From NCBI GenBank assembly GCA_024346625.1, contig AP024665.1, forward strand, positions 248,001 through 312,000: a DNA stretch of 64,000 nt. The letters are read 5' to 3'. Positions 21,282-32,555 of this stretch are shown here, one piece after another. Made by a program: the position numbers and the translations under genes. The notes beneath the pieces were generated by a model. The model was not told the origin of the DNA and made no database searches. It saw nothing but the letters and a program-made list of their open reading frames with translations. The first letter of the stretch is position 1. Each line of letters opens with the position of its first letter. Source of the stretch: Williopsis jadinii (lineage: Eukaryota).

Positions 21282-22190
21282 TCACCATACCTTGTTTATT
21301 GCCTCGCCTATAGCATTTATGGTCTTTGGTGTTGTTCTGCAACATCCACCTATAATCTTGACATTACCAATTGCGTGTAGCTGCTCAACGTAGTCTACCC
21401 ATGACAATGCTTCGACTTTTGCAGCGTCTTCCCACTTGCCGTTTCGATATATTTCACCAGAGTTTGGATACACAACCAGCGGTTTTCCAAACGGTCTCAA
21501 CTTGGACAACCAATGCAATGAACTTGAAGATCCGAGACAGTTAACCCCAATACAGGTAAGGTTTTTACCCTTTAGACTCTCTGTTACAAATTCATCAAGA
21601 GGCGTACCATCAGCGAGTGTATCCTCTTTGACACTAAAAGATAGATAGTACGGTTTTTCTCTCTCGTTCATCATTCGTGTGAGAACACGAACTTCTTGCA
21701 GACTAGGCACTGTCTCCCATGCAATGATATCAACCCTTCTATCGTCACAAAGAATATCGAGTCTCTTTCTATGAAATTCAACCAGTTCTTCATCTGTAAT
21801 GTTGCCATAATCCCCAGTGTATTCAGCTCCATTGGCTAAAGATGCACCAAAGGGGCCGACGCTCCCAGCTATAAACACTTGCCGGCCTCCATTGCACTTC
21901 ATCTTGGCCTCATATGCCAAATCCACGCTTCTCTTGACAACCTCTGAATAGTCTTCATCTTTGAACCATTTCTTGACATTGGCTTCGCTGGTTTGGTATG
22001 TCGATGTCAACAAAAGTTCTGCCCCGTTCTGTATATATTCCTCGTGGATAGACTCAATAGTGCGTGGTTCGACTACGACCGCATGGGTAGACCAGAGCGC
22101 ATGGCTCTGACTTTCCTGCGACAGAAGAGTGCCCAATGCTCCATCGAGTAAGATTGGTTTCGAAGAGCTAATTCGGTCAATTATCGACAT
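21282..22190 (-). CDS. SAM4: Homocysteine S-methyltransferase (Mht1/Sam4 family)
   Basis: LLDGALGT, TSTYQ, IAGSVGPFGASLANGAEYTGDY, GVNC, VYPNSGE and the zinc-binding IIGGCCRT motif. Confidence 0.92.
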   Translation of the reverse strand: MSIIDRISSSKPILLDGALGTLLSQESQSHALWSTHAVVVEPRTIESIHEEYIQNGAELLLTSTYQTSEANVKKWFKDEDYSEVVKRSVDLAYEAKMKCNGGRQVFIAGSVGPFGASLANGAEYTGDYGNITDEELVEFHRKRLDILCDDRRVDIIAWETVPSLQEVRVLTRMMNEREKPYYLSFSVKEDTLADGTPLDEFVTESLKGKNLTCIGVNCLGSSSSLHWLSKLRPFGKPLVVYPNSGEIYRNGKWEDAAKVEALSWVDYVEQLHAIGNVKIIGGCCRTTPKTINAIGEAINKVW

Positions 22191-22549
22191 AATTAACTAG
22201 ATCCCACAGTTAACACACTTCTACAACTTGATCTGTAATGCCTCGATAGGGTGAACACGATTTGGACCTCCGCCAGCGCTCTGGTAAATCTCGAAATCAC
22301 CGACAACTTTCGCGGTCAATTTACCCTGCGTGGATCCGACAGGTCTTGGCCAATTAATGTCTAGTCCCTCATTGATCAAATTTTGATTTGGAACTAACCA
22401 ACTATTTGCTTCAAGGGTTTCTTAACTTTGTAGCGTAAGATTTCGTATATATGATCGCAACAGTATGTATGATGTAGATATTAGAATGATACAAATCTAG
22501 GCCCCGTTAATTTAATCTGATGATGGTTTGATTTGGAGATGTAACTTTT

Positions 22550-23970
22550 AATAGACTGACACATGGTTTTGTATAATACAGACGCTTGGCCTGGATGCGA
22601 CGTGTCCTCTCAGAACCACCGGTGTATCTATTCTTTCATAAACTTTGATTGTATCTACCCCAGTTGTTTCAGCTATTTGATTACACTCCTCTGTAAATGA
22701 ATTTTGGAGATTTATCTGTATCATTTCTCTTTGTCAATAGAAGAGGTATGAAACAATGCCCTTCGTAGTGACAACGTCCAAATTGATGTGAGATTTGTAC
22801 TTTCGTAACTACTCTCCACTGTATGCGACGTCGTACGTATCACTTTCAGCCCTTTTGTATTGATTCCTACCGAGCATACTAAGAGTTGTAGTGCCTTGAG
22901 TCTTTCTTGGGAATCGCTTTTTACACATTCCAGTTTCGTCAAGACAGGTACGATATTAATAGATCATGAAGTTTTGAACCAATGCACTAAGTTGATGGTT
23001 TTCTTGACCTGGAATTGAAGCGTTGATCCTCTTGTCAACAACTGCTCTGCGGTGATTTCATCTTCTTCAGGGTTGAATCCGATAGTTCAATAAATGTGTG
23101 GCAGTCTTCTCTTTCGGGTCTCTGTGATGGAAACAACCTTGACAATTGTCCTCTTGCTATTTTTTGGTTGGAAAGCTCTGGTCAAAACAAGAGTGTGCAA
23201 CGATGGTGTCTTTGAATTTGCAGTAAAAGGAAGGAAAATTGAAGGCGCATCATCTTCAGTGAATATTGTCATCATATTTTGGAATTTGGACTTGAAGAAT
23301 CGAACATTCCTCAAGTGATTTGGTGGTGTAATCGTTGGAAGTGAGTTCCCTTTAACTGCTGTTCTGTTCTTGTATGACCTACATCAATAAGTCTATTTTT
23401 GTGTCGTTGAAGGCGATAATAGTCCATACTTCGTTAATCATTAGAGAAGCCGCCAGGTAGAACTCTTCAGCAAGATGATCTAACACATATCCTGGCTTCT
23501 ATTCCTTATCTGTTCTCTGGCTTGCGTAGCGGCACCATGGAGATATTTGTTCCCATACATGACCTTCCAATCACTCTAGACATCATAAACCGGGTCAGTA
23601 AGCATCTCCGCTGTATAAGAACAAATCATGGAATCTCAAGGGGAAAGAAAACACTTGCACGGAGTATTGATAAAAGTAAAGCGACATGTAAATCTTTCCT
23701 TTATACGTAGTGAAATTGAAGTATGTTCTGCTCTTATGTTCAAAGTCCAGATCATAATCAAAGGCACCATCACGTCTAATTTCTTCTAGTGCTCTTTCCA
23801 CTACCCGCTGCCGCACTTCTTCGTCTTTCTCTTATTATATCAGCCATATTTCCGTTATCAGGGTCAGGTAATGGCCGTTGTTGTAGTATATCTTCTGGTG
23901 GTGGTTCTCGTATCAGCACAGCTAATCTGTCTCAATAATTGCTCGGTATTCCTCTAGTGTCTTATCGTCA
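22550..23970 (-). pseudogene. Decayed protein-coding relic of unknown family
   Basis: One minus-strand frame runs from about 23380 to 22721 (about 220 codons) with only two internal TGA stops; further protein-like fragments lie up- and downstream in shifted frames. Boundaries approximate. Confidence 0.4.
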
Positions 23971-25548
23971 TTCGTTTGAAGTTACTGATGTGTTTCTCTG
24001 TGTTATTATTCCTAACTCTTTGTATGAAGTAATGTGGGATATGTGTGATTCTGTTGATAAGAATTCAAATATAAACAAAACTGTGAAAACTGGAAGCATC
24101 CTTACATGTTTACACTTGCTGGCGTAACGAAAAACCAGAATTATACAGACAAATAACGGGGAGGTTGTTCTGGAAGATCCACAGAGCCAATCAAGTTAAG
24201 AGTGTGTATATTTGATTAAGTAGTTCAGCTGTCCTGTTTGGTCTGCTGGATTTTCCTTATGTTTTTGTTGTCGAGCTATAAGCAAATTCATGACTATCTT
24301 TTGACCAATTTTAGCAATTCATGAAAAGTTACATCTCAGGAAAGGTTGAAGATTACTTGCTCATGCTTGGTTGGAGTGTGACCTAGAGACTAGTACACTT
24401 TGCGGATTTACAAATCGTTTTGCTATTTTAACTAACACCATTGTGATTCTAATCCTAATGAACAAAAAACTGTCCATGTATGGTCCATCAAAACCAGCGT
24501 GAGCAACTGACAAATGGACAGTAATCTCCCGGGGAAACGGTGAGCGTTGTACACAAATTTCACTATGAGAACATTCCAGTATCCAGAGTGTCCCAAGTGG
24601 GAACCTCCGACGGTCAAAACTTTCGTCCCCTCTCCCTCATCTACAGCCAATGAAATGTTGTTCCGCATATCGCCAAATCGCCCTTTGAAATGTCCGCTGG
24701 GCGATTTTAAACTTTTAAAATATGCGCTCCTGCAGCATAGCCTTAACAGTTTTTTACCTCTGCAGATTACAAAAGAGGAAAATGTAACAGTCACAGATAC
24801 GGACTTACAGTGGTCAACAATTTAAGCGTGATCATCTGTTGCAACCCACCTGATTGAATACCGCTCGGCTGTTGAAGGATCTTCCCTTGCCCAAGAGCTC
24901 GAATACAATGTATCGTCAACTGGTTATAGTCGGGGGTCTACTTAGCAAGTACATAAACAAGTAAATTTGTGTCTTTCCCTGCGTTATTCAACCGTTTTGA
25001 TTCCAAGCTTTGCTCTCTTGCATATTTGAATAGAAACCGTCTCGGCTTGGTTTGCATCTCAGTTAAACCAATACTTACGAAGTAGCAACATCTGGGAGGA
25101 CGAACAAAACATTCCCACCCCACAACGAGTCAGGCAGCCCACCTCCACTGTCCATTTTGAGCTCCTGTTCCGGCGTCGAAGCGGGTTTGATTCGAGAATG
25201 GAATACGTCGTCCGGTCGATGCGCTGTTGAGTGTACACTGTGCTATAGGTCATATGCATGACTCACAACCTTCTGTAACAATCTCTTCATTAAAGACACC
25301 AAGTCATACCCCAAATTCCGATGCCTTTAGCGGAGGTGTGGAAGGGAGAAATTTTTTTCACCTAATGTGATATGCAATGAGTGAACGACTTTGAAGCAAC
25401 TATGGACATGTTATACATATTCATGTGTGAGGGTGGTGTATACGTGTGGAAAATTTTGCTGTAGTTTAAATACCACCAGACATCCCTCATTCCTATCAAA
25501 ATAGTGAGTGGAGCCTTAATCACACTACCTCAAGATTGTCCTGTGATT

Positions 25549-27105
25549 ATGACACCAAACGAATCTTTATCGTCAATAGATAAGGCCATCTCCCCGGCTG
25601 ATGAAAAACGCTCTCAGAATGCCATCGATGACAACATAGACTCTCTTGACATTACGAGTCCTTTCCCCACGGATGAAGAAATCAAGGACAAGACAACGGC
25701 ACTTGCCAAGGAACTGGATATCAATGAGAGACGACTGATGTGGAAGGTTGATCTCTGTGTTGTTCCACCGTTTGTCTTGCTATACTTTTTGGCATTCCTG
25801 GACAGAATCAACATTTCAAACGCTAACGTCTATGGTATTTCTCGAGATCTAAACCTGGTTGGTAATCAGTTCAACACGGCACTCACTGTGTTCTTTGTGC
25901 CATACATCTTCTTTGAAGTGCTTTCAAATTATGTTATGAAGAAAGTTCCACCTCATATCTGGCTCTCCCTTTGTATCTTTTTCTTTGGAGTCGTTACCAT
26001 TGGAATGGGCTTTGTTACAAACTTCGGAGGCCTTGTTGCTTGTAGATTCTTGCTTGGTCTTTTCGAATCTGCAACTTTCCCTGGTATCTTTTACATCATG
26101 GCGACATATTATACAAAATTCGAAGCCCAAAGACGTATATCTGCCTTCTTCTCTTGTACATGTTTGGCTGGTGCTTCAGGGAGTGCCCTTGCATACAGAA
26201 TACATGACCTTGACGGTGTTCATGGTTACGCCTCATGGCAGTGGATCTTTATCATCGAAGGTGCATTCACCGCAGGATTGGCATTCTTTCTGTTCTTCCT
26301 CATCCCTGACTTCCCAGAAGGGTCCCGATTCCTCAAATCAAATGAAAAGGAGTTTCTCAAGAGAAAGTTGGAGATCAGTTCGGTCTCTTCAGGATTCGAG
26401 GTCCATCACACATGGAGAGATATGCTTCATGCATTCAAAACTGATCCACTCTTCATCCTTTCTGCCTTTGCATATTTCTGCCTGATTATTCCATCATACG
26501 GTTACGCGTATTTTGCTCCTACAATCATCAACCAGATGGGTTACACCGCACAGTCGGCCAACCAGCATGCTGTGTATCCATGGCTCTTGGCCTTTGGTGT
26601 CTCTAACGTTGTTGCATTTTGCTCTGATTTTACCAAGATTCGCACGCCATATGCCCTTGTTAGTGGCTGTATCGCCATTGTTGGTCTCTCTTTGGTGCTC
26701 TCTCTGACAGATGATCCAAACGGGAGATATGCTGGTTGTTTCCTTACAGCCATGGGTCTCTACACAGCCATGCCACAACTTGTGTGTCTCACATCCTTAA
26801 ACTTTGGTGGTCATTTAAGAAAAGGTTTAGGTACTGCATTCCAAATCGGATTTGGTAACATTGGTGGTATCATCGCCACTTTTATCTTCTTGAAAGGAGA
26901 CTCTCCACAGTACAAAAAAGGGCTGAGTATCTGTATTGCCTTCACTGCACTTGCTGTCATCATGTTCATGGTGATATGGGGGTATTTGGCACTGTGCAAT
27001 AAGAAGAAGCAGTCCACCGCATATCAGGAGAAGTGGAATAACCTCTCCGAGAGAGATCAAGTCCTTGCTGGTGATAGACACCCATCATTTAAGTATATGT
27101 ATTAG
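25549..27105 (+). CDS. MFS transporter, anion:cation symporter (Tna1/Dal5) family
   Basis: LMWKVDL, FLDRINISNA, FFVPYIFFEVLSN, CRFLLGLFE, WQWIFIIEG, C-terminal GDRHPSFKYMY; about 12 hydrophobic segments; first ATG at 25549. Confidence 0.9.
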   Translation: MTPNESLSSIDKAISPADEKRSQNAIDDNIDSLDITSPFPTDEEIKDKTTALAKELDINERRLMWKVDLCVVPPFVLLYFLAFLDRINISNANVYGISRDLNLVGNQFNTALTVFFVPYIFFEVLSNYVMKKVPPHIWLSLCIFFFGVVTIGMGFVTNFGGLVACRFLLGLFESATFPGIFYIMATYYTKFEAQRRISAFFSCTCLAGASGSALAYRIHDLDGVHGYASWQWIFIIEGAFTAGLAFFLFFLIPDFPEGSRFLKSNEKEFLKRKLEISSVSSGFEVHHTWRDMLHAFKTDPLFILSAFAYFCLIIPSYGYAYFAPTIINQMGYTAQSANQHAVYPWLLAFGVSNVVAFCSDFTKIRTPYALVSGCIAIVGLSLVLSLTDDPNGRYAGCFLTAMGLYTAMPQLVCLTSLNFGGHLRKGLGTAFQIGFGNIGGIIATFIFLKGDSPQYKKGLSICIAFTALAVIMFMVIWGYLALCNKKKQSTAYQEKWNNLSERDQVLAGDRHPSFKYMY

Positions 27106-27244
27106 ATTATTCTGTTCTGCTCCAAATCCCTTATGTATCGTTTACTCTATGATTATCTGTACAAATGAATAAAATAGAAACAACACACTATTGGAACCAA
27201 ATGATTGGTTGGCAGCTGATTTGTATTATTGAGATTTAGTACTG

Positions 27245-27276
27245 ACGCGAAACAAAAATCGTTGAATGAGACGCGT
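27245..27276 (+). promoter_or_regulatory. G1/S cell-cycle elements (ACGCGAAA and MCB ACGCGT) upstream of NSE1
   Basis: ACGCGAAA at 27245-27252 and ACGCGT at 27271-27276, 75-105 bp before the ATG of a DNA-repair gene. Confidence 0.65.
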
Positions 27277-27350
27277 CAGCTAAAATCTCTACCGGAGGAA
27301 GAAAGAACTAGGCACTCCAACTTTTGCTAGCCAATTGGAAGAAGTTCACT

Positions 27351-28166
27351 ATGACGCCAATGAACGATTACTCCGATATTGAACGTGCACTGCTCCAGTT
27401 CATCATTTCTACTCATCCCTGTGAGCAGCGTGAACTAGTCATGCTCCATAACAAATTCACGGCAGAGTACGTGAACGAAACCATGTCTGACGAAGTCATC
27501 CAAGCACTACGTGAACGCCATCTGGATGAGTCCATCGAGCTCATAAACAACAAACTACACCCCTTGGGGTACGAAATTACCCATACAAAGTCACAAACCA
27601 CTGGTTCTCTGTACTATTGCTACGTCAATACCCAACAGGATAGTATCTCCCAATCTGCAACCATTTTTTCCAAATCTGAAATTGAGTGTATCAAGAACAC
27701 CGTGGAAGAACTATTCACCAATCCAGAAGAGACATACCACGTCTCTTCCACAAGATTCATGCGAATCTGTCAGAAAGAGAACAAGACTCCCTCACAGGCC
27801 GAACATTTGATGCGTAGGTTGATCTCCGATGGCTGGTTCGACTTGGAACAAGGCCATCTCACCTTGGGGATCCGTTCTCTTGCAGAGCTGAAAAGACAAC
27901 TCATGAACGACTTTGGAGTGAAAAGCAAAGATACTCCCAATGGTTGTGTTGCTATTTGTTCCGGTTGCAAGGATATTGTCACTAAGGGAATCAGAGGTGC
28001 CAAATGTAGAGATGGATGTTGGGTAAGGTTTCATACTCAGTGTAAGGAGAACTACGACCGTGCAAGACGGGATACAAATGATGCAAATATATGTCATGGA
28101 TGTTCTCAACAGTGGGAATCCATTGATGTTGGTGCAGTCCCACATAAAACTGAGAGATATCACTAA
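27351..28166 (+). CDS. NSE1: Smc5/6 complex subunit Nse1 (winged helix plus RING-like domain)
   Basis: RALLQFI, INNKLHPLGYEI, YCYVN, LISDGWF, LGIRSLAEL, C-terminal CSGCKDIVTKG...FHTQC...CHGC. Confidence 0.88.
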   Translation: MTPMNDYSDIERALLQFIISTHPCEQRELVMLHNKFTAEYVNETMSDEVIQALRERHLDESIELINNKLHPLGYEITHTKSQTTGSLYYCYVNTQQDSISQSATIFSKSEIECIKNTVEELFTNPEETYHVSSTRFMRICQKENKTPSQAEHLMRRLISDGWFDLEQGHLTLGIRSLAELKRQLMNDFGVKSKDTPNGCVAICSGCKDIVTKGIRGAKCRDGCWVRFHTQCKENYDRARRDTNDANICHGCSQQWESIDVGAVPHKTERYH

Positions 28167-28175
28167 TAAAACTAT

Positions 28176-29558
28176 TCACATGGTTCTAAATGATCCTAGT
28201 GCTCCCTCGATGACTTCTGCCTCTATCTCATCAACAAGGTCCCACACTATATCATCGGCAATGCTCTGATCGTACAACTCGTGCAATTCACGTACATCAT
28301 AATCCAAACCAGTGGGTTTGAACTGAAATTCAGGGCCAGCATTCAGCTCTGCAACACCACCGTTAAACACAGAGATGGTTGGATAGTACCCGAGTGAACC
28401 GTTGTCGACGTATTTACCTTCTTTGTTAAACTTGTTGCTCGTGAGCTCGGAATTTGGTGGTAAGAATGAATACAGCTCTTCAAAACATGTGCCAATAAAT
28501 TCACCATTCTTGTAGACTTTTATAGAACTCCCTTGCAAAGTTTCTGGTCTCCAGGAGTCGGTATCAGCAATAGCCTTTTCTCCAAAGACACTCATTGGGT
28601 TTAAGAGGTGTCCCATCTGCTTTGTCGCAACGTAGTCAAACTTCTCATAATATAAATTGCTCTTGTACCTCATGGCAACTTGAGAACGTGACACGTCTGT
28701 GAATGGTGTTGGTGGAAGTTCAACGAGTAAGCCTATAACATCGCCCTTCTTGAAACCGCCATCCATAAAAGGTTTGGGCCTTGATAAATGAACCTTATCA
28801 CCAGTAATGTCTCTTAGTCCATATCCATACCCGTCAAATCCTATTGGAGCCTCCAGACTCGCCTCTCTTCTTCCAATCCCCAATCGTACGTGTCTTTCAG
28901 AATCGCTCTCCAAAACATTAAATTCAAAATACCATTTACCCTCTTTTATAGCCACGTTTGCCCTTGCAGATACCCATCCTCTTCCAGTAGTCACTGTGGA
29001 ATCGTCATGGGATAAGTATGTCAAAGCTGAACGATCAAATATATCCAGCGATGTCTTATAAGGTGGAATATCTGCCGTGGAAAACTTCAGAACCTCCAGT
29101 GTCGGGTTAGGACGACAAGGTTTATACATGAATCCCTGTCTCGTGTTCAATGGAACGTCAATGATATTGAATCCATTCTCATGAGTTGTAACCTGTGGGT
29201 TGAACATCTCAAAATCAGACGCTTTATAACCAATGCCGGGCTTGTACTTGTTTATGACAATGACTTGTTTCTTGTCCAATGATCTGGTATGGTACATCGG
29301 AGAAGCTGATCTCTTCTCAGGAATCAAGGGTGTCACCTCCCGTGGTTCATCCTTAACGACAGGGCCTTGAATAACACCTCTGGCGTCTTCTGGAGCCATT
29401 GACACTTCGGTCGAGTCCACGTCATTGGACTCTCGGACAATCTCTTTCTCACAGTGCTCAGACTCTTGTTTCACAGGCACAACATCAGGTGCGCCATCAG
29501 AGCCGACAGCGTGATTAGCATCACCAACAACACCGGCTTTCAGTTGCTCAGGATCCAT
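28176..29558 (-). CDS. BRE2: COMPASS subunit Bre2/Ash2 (SPRY domain)
   Basis: GWVSARANVAIKEGKWYFE, HVRLGIGRREASLEAPIGFDGYGYGLRD, GYYPTIS, Sdc1-binding tail IADDIVWDLVDEIE; first ATG at 29558. Confidence 0.92.
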   Translation of the reverse strand: MDPEQLKAGVVGDANHAVGSDGAPDVVPVKQESEHCEKEIVRESNDVDSTEVSMAPEDARGVIQGPVVKDEPREVTPLIPEKRSASPMYHTRSLDKKQVIVINKYKPGIGYKASDFEMFNPQVTTHENGFNIIDVPLNTRQGFMYKPCRPNPTLEVLKFSTADIPPYKTSLDIFDRSALTYLSHDDSTVTTGRGWVSARANVAIKEGKWYFEFNVLESDSERHVRLGIGRREASLEAPIGFDGYGYGLRDITGDKVHLSRPKPFMDGGFKKGDVIGLLVELPPTPFTDVSRSQVAMRYKSNLYYEKFDYVATKQMGHLLNPMSVFGEKAIADTDSWRPETLQGSSIKVYKNGEFIGTCFEELYSFLPPNSELTSNKFNKEGKYVDNGSLGYYPTISVFNGGVAELNAGPEFQFKPTGLDYDVRELHELYDQSIADDIVWDLVDEIEAEVIEGALGSFRTM

Positions 29559-29893
29559 TCTATGAGACCGGAATGTTCCATCATGGTACAAGGTGGAATA
29601 TACACACAGTATCAACAGCCAACTTTGTGTTACTGCGTGGTTTTTCCTCGTTCTGCTTGTGGGTGTCGTTGTCAGGGTAACCTCCCGATGGAGCCAGGCG
29701 TGGAAAGTGGTTACAAGGTTGCAATGGCACGTACAATGACAAGTTTCCGATATCGTTAAGGCATTGTTTACTAACTATTTGTCGTGTATATACATGTGAC
29801 TCGTGACTATGTTAATTGAAGAGAGTCTGATGAAGCTAGTTTGCATTAGTTGATAGCGTTAGATGTTGTCTTTAATATGTCCTTTGGCCCTGG

Positions 29894-30574
29894 TCAGAGC
29901 GATGCCCATCTCATGGCACTAACCTGTTGATCAACAACAGACTTCATATACATTGCGGTATCCATGGCACAAGCCAATTGATCATCACACACCGACTTTA
30001 TTATGCCGTTCTTCTGTTCAATCTGTAATTTTTTCCTTGGGCTTAGTTTCACCTTATGCGGTAACCGTAGCCCATTATCAACCCCGAGCCAGCGGACAGA
30101 TTGCAATGAGTCGTCCCTTGTTCGGGATTTGTTAATCAAGTTTCTCACTTGAGTGTGCGTTTCGAGTATGACGGTGTCCCCGTGATACTCGTCTGCCTGT
30201 GAACCCACCTTTTGGACGAAATGGACCCTTCTATCGTTGACCAGCAACTTCCATAACCAAACCTCCAAGGACGTTTGGTCGAAAAGTGCGCATTTGTCGT
30301 AGTGCACCCCAGGTTTGGCAACGAGTTCACCGCTCTCTGTGCGACCAACTCCTTCCAAGAACATCAAGGACGACTCCTTCCTTTGAAACATCGCATCCTC
30401 CAATACCTGGAACTTTGACGAGACTGGAGTGATGACCCATCTCTTGTCCTTGTCTTGCCTTGGTGGGTAATACCCCTCAATGATGATTTTTATCTGAAAT
30501 GGACTGAAATGTTCCAGTAGACAGCATGCTGATAGTAACACAGCAACTGTGTTTCCCTTAAGTATCACTAACAT
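29894..30574 (-). CDS. Hypothetical 226-aa protein, possibly a degenerate FAD-oxidoreductase N-terminal fold
   Basis: ATG-initiated 226-codon ORF filling the gap between BRE2 and USB1; the beta-alpha-beta-like N-terminus lacks the GxGxxG glycines. Confidence 0.55.
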   Translation of the reverse strand: MLVILKGNTVAVLLSACCLLEHFSPFQIKIIIEGYYPPRQDKDKRWVITPVSSKFQVLEDAMFQRKESSLMFLEGVGRTESGELVAKPGVHYDKCALFDQTSLEVWLWKLLVNDRRVHFVQKVGSQADEYHGDTVILETHTQVRNLINKSRTRDDSLQSVRWLGVDNGLRLPHKVKLSPRKKLQIEQKNGIIKSVCDDQLACAMDTAMYMKSVVDQQVSAMRWASL

Positions 30575-30991
30575 GACATAAGCAACTCTTGGACGGTTAA
30601 ATGTACAGAAGCAGCAGGAGTCTTCATGAACAATGACAGGGAAGAAACCCCCATAGGGGTGTTAAAATTTTTCTATAGTCACTGTCCTCTATGTGTGTGC
30701 GCTATTACTGTACATGTTAAAACTGTGGCTTTTGTGTCGTGATGCAGAGTGATTTTTTTTTGACTCGGTTCGTATACTAAAAGAGGAATCCAAGCCCTTC
30801 GGCTACAAGCTACATACGACTTAGTGTATCGGTGAATCATTTATCAATGGTCTCGTTACAATCGAATTAGTACATTAAAACCACTTTGCATAGTATAATA
30901 CCCGTATTATGTGCCTGTCCCTGCTTTATTGTTTGTTTGTTTTCGTGCCTTCCCCTGTGTGCTCTCCATATATGGACCCTCTAAACCGGGG

Positions 30992-31807
30992 TCAACTCAA
31001 GTGAACAGTAAAGCTGCTTGGATCATCGGTTACTTTCAAAGAGGTGTACTCAACCTCCACTGTTGGATCAACTTCAACCTCCTCCAGCGTCGTATTCAAC
31101 TCTTTTAATTGTTGCAGCGTGTAATCAAAGGGCTCGGTTTTCGCTATGGAAACGTGAAGGGCGTCTTTCGATAGCTCTGGTCCCCGAATCAGTGGTTCAC
31201 CATTTGTTATATCATCGATAACATCTGAAATGAGGTCGAACAACGACTCTGTGGCATGTCGTGATTCTTTGGAAAGGGTCAGCGCTAGGAAAGTACTTGA
31301 CATGTTATTGTTGGGTACTACACATACCTTGTCGAACCTCATGATGTATTTCCTTAGTGGTAATCTCGACACTTTCGTTCTCAATTCAGATTTGAACCGG
31401 CTTCTCTGATCAATGGATAAGTACACATTCGCCGTTAACGATAAATGCAGAGGCTGTATAACGTTCAATTCGTTCTTATAAAGAGCAGAGTACCGGGGAG
31501 GCCTTAGACTGGAGTGCTTGCACACGGTGTTCGCATTGTTGATCACCTCTTTGAGAATCAACTGCAAAGACTGTGATGGGATGAACTCTGCAGAGGTATA
31601 CACGTTCTGAAACCCCGGCGGAACAGTCAGAAGGTTATGGTACGCCAGTCTCATCCTCTTTGTGACATGAGATGGAGAGGGACGATGAGATTTGATGTCA
31701 ATTATGGAATCAGGAACCGGTGGTAACGAATCGTTGTTTACAATGGGATCAGTATCACCGTCGCTGTTTGACTCGCTATCAGAGCAATAACGCGAAATTG
31801 TGTCCAT
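30992..31807 (-). CDS. USB1: U6 snRNA phosphodiesterase Usb1 (2H family)
   Basis: Two HxS motifs (PLHLSL, LHVSIA); typical N-terminus MDTISRYCSDSES...LPPVP. Confidence 0.8.
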   Translation of the reverse strand: MDTISRYCSDSESNSDGDTDPIVNNDSLPPVPDSIIDIKSHRPSPSHVTKRMRLAYHNLLTVPPGFQNVYTSAEFIPSQSLQLILKEVINNANTVCKHSSLRPPRYSALYKNELNVIQPLHLSLTANVYLSIDQRSRFKSELRTKVSRLPLRKYIMRFDKVCVVPNNNMSSTFLALTLSKESRHATESLFDLISDVIDDITNGEPLIRGPELSKDALHVSIAKTEPFDYTLQQLKELNTTLEEVEVDPTVEVEYTSLKVTDDPSSFTVHLS

Positions 31808-32555
31808 CAACACCGCTGTGGAGTTGCACACCTCCGTCCCAGTGTACATTAATGTTATCCACGCCAGGAAAACAAACACACGTTGTGAACCTGTAAATCT
31901 ACCACGAGTTCGCGGCTTTACCGGTACAGACACACTTCCAATAACAGCGCTGCGAATTATGTCGGATCCGTTTAACCATGGAGAGAAACGAGGGTAGAAA
32001 AAGCACTCTCATCTCCCACAGGCAGAAAAGGGAGAAGAGATTAGACGGTGACTTTGTCTATCACAACCAATGGTTCCCTATTCATTGTAATACAACTCTC
32101 CATGACCCTCTCAATGAAACTCGAATCGTCAACCTGCCACCTGACTTGGCCTCTTTCCTTTTCCCTACTCACACTTTCCATGCTGATAACCCCGTGTATA
32201 TCGGTTGTCATTACCCACCTTAGATCAAAAGCCGTAGTTCGCAACCGCCCTCGGTTTTCCCACTCCGTTTGTAACCCCAATGTCGCTAGGACAGGCCAAC
32301 TTGCATAACTAGGGGGATGCTCCCTTCAAAATTTCGTTGTTGGAAAGGAACCAACAGAGATCAGAAAAAACCGGAAAGGTTAAAGAGATTTTTTTGCTTG
32401 AAAGAAATCACTCAGTTCGTTCAATATTCTTCCTCCCTTCAAGTTCTATTGCATTTGTCGCCGTTGTATCATTCTATTGAATAGTCAGTGACATATCAAT
32501 CCATACACGTTTTGAGAAGAAGATATCTGTCACAGAACCCACATAGACCAAAAAG

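Noticed and set aside
22204..22211. Met31/32-like AACTGTGG upstream of SAM4/MHT1
   Set aside because: Only 14 nt from the ATG, probably within the 5' UTR, and no nearby Cbf1 site.
32041..32280. 79-aa minus-strand ORF between USB1 and KGD2
   Set aside because: Non-ATG start, no motif, and it lies in a divergent promoter.
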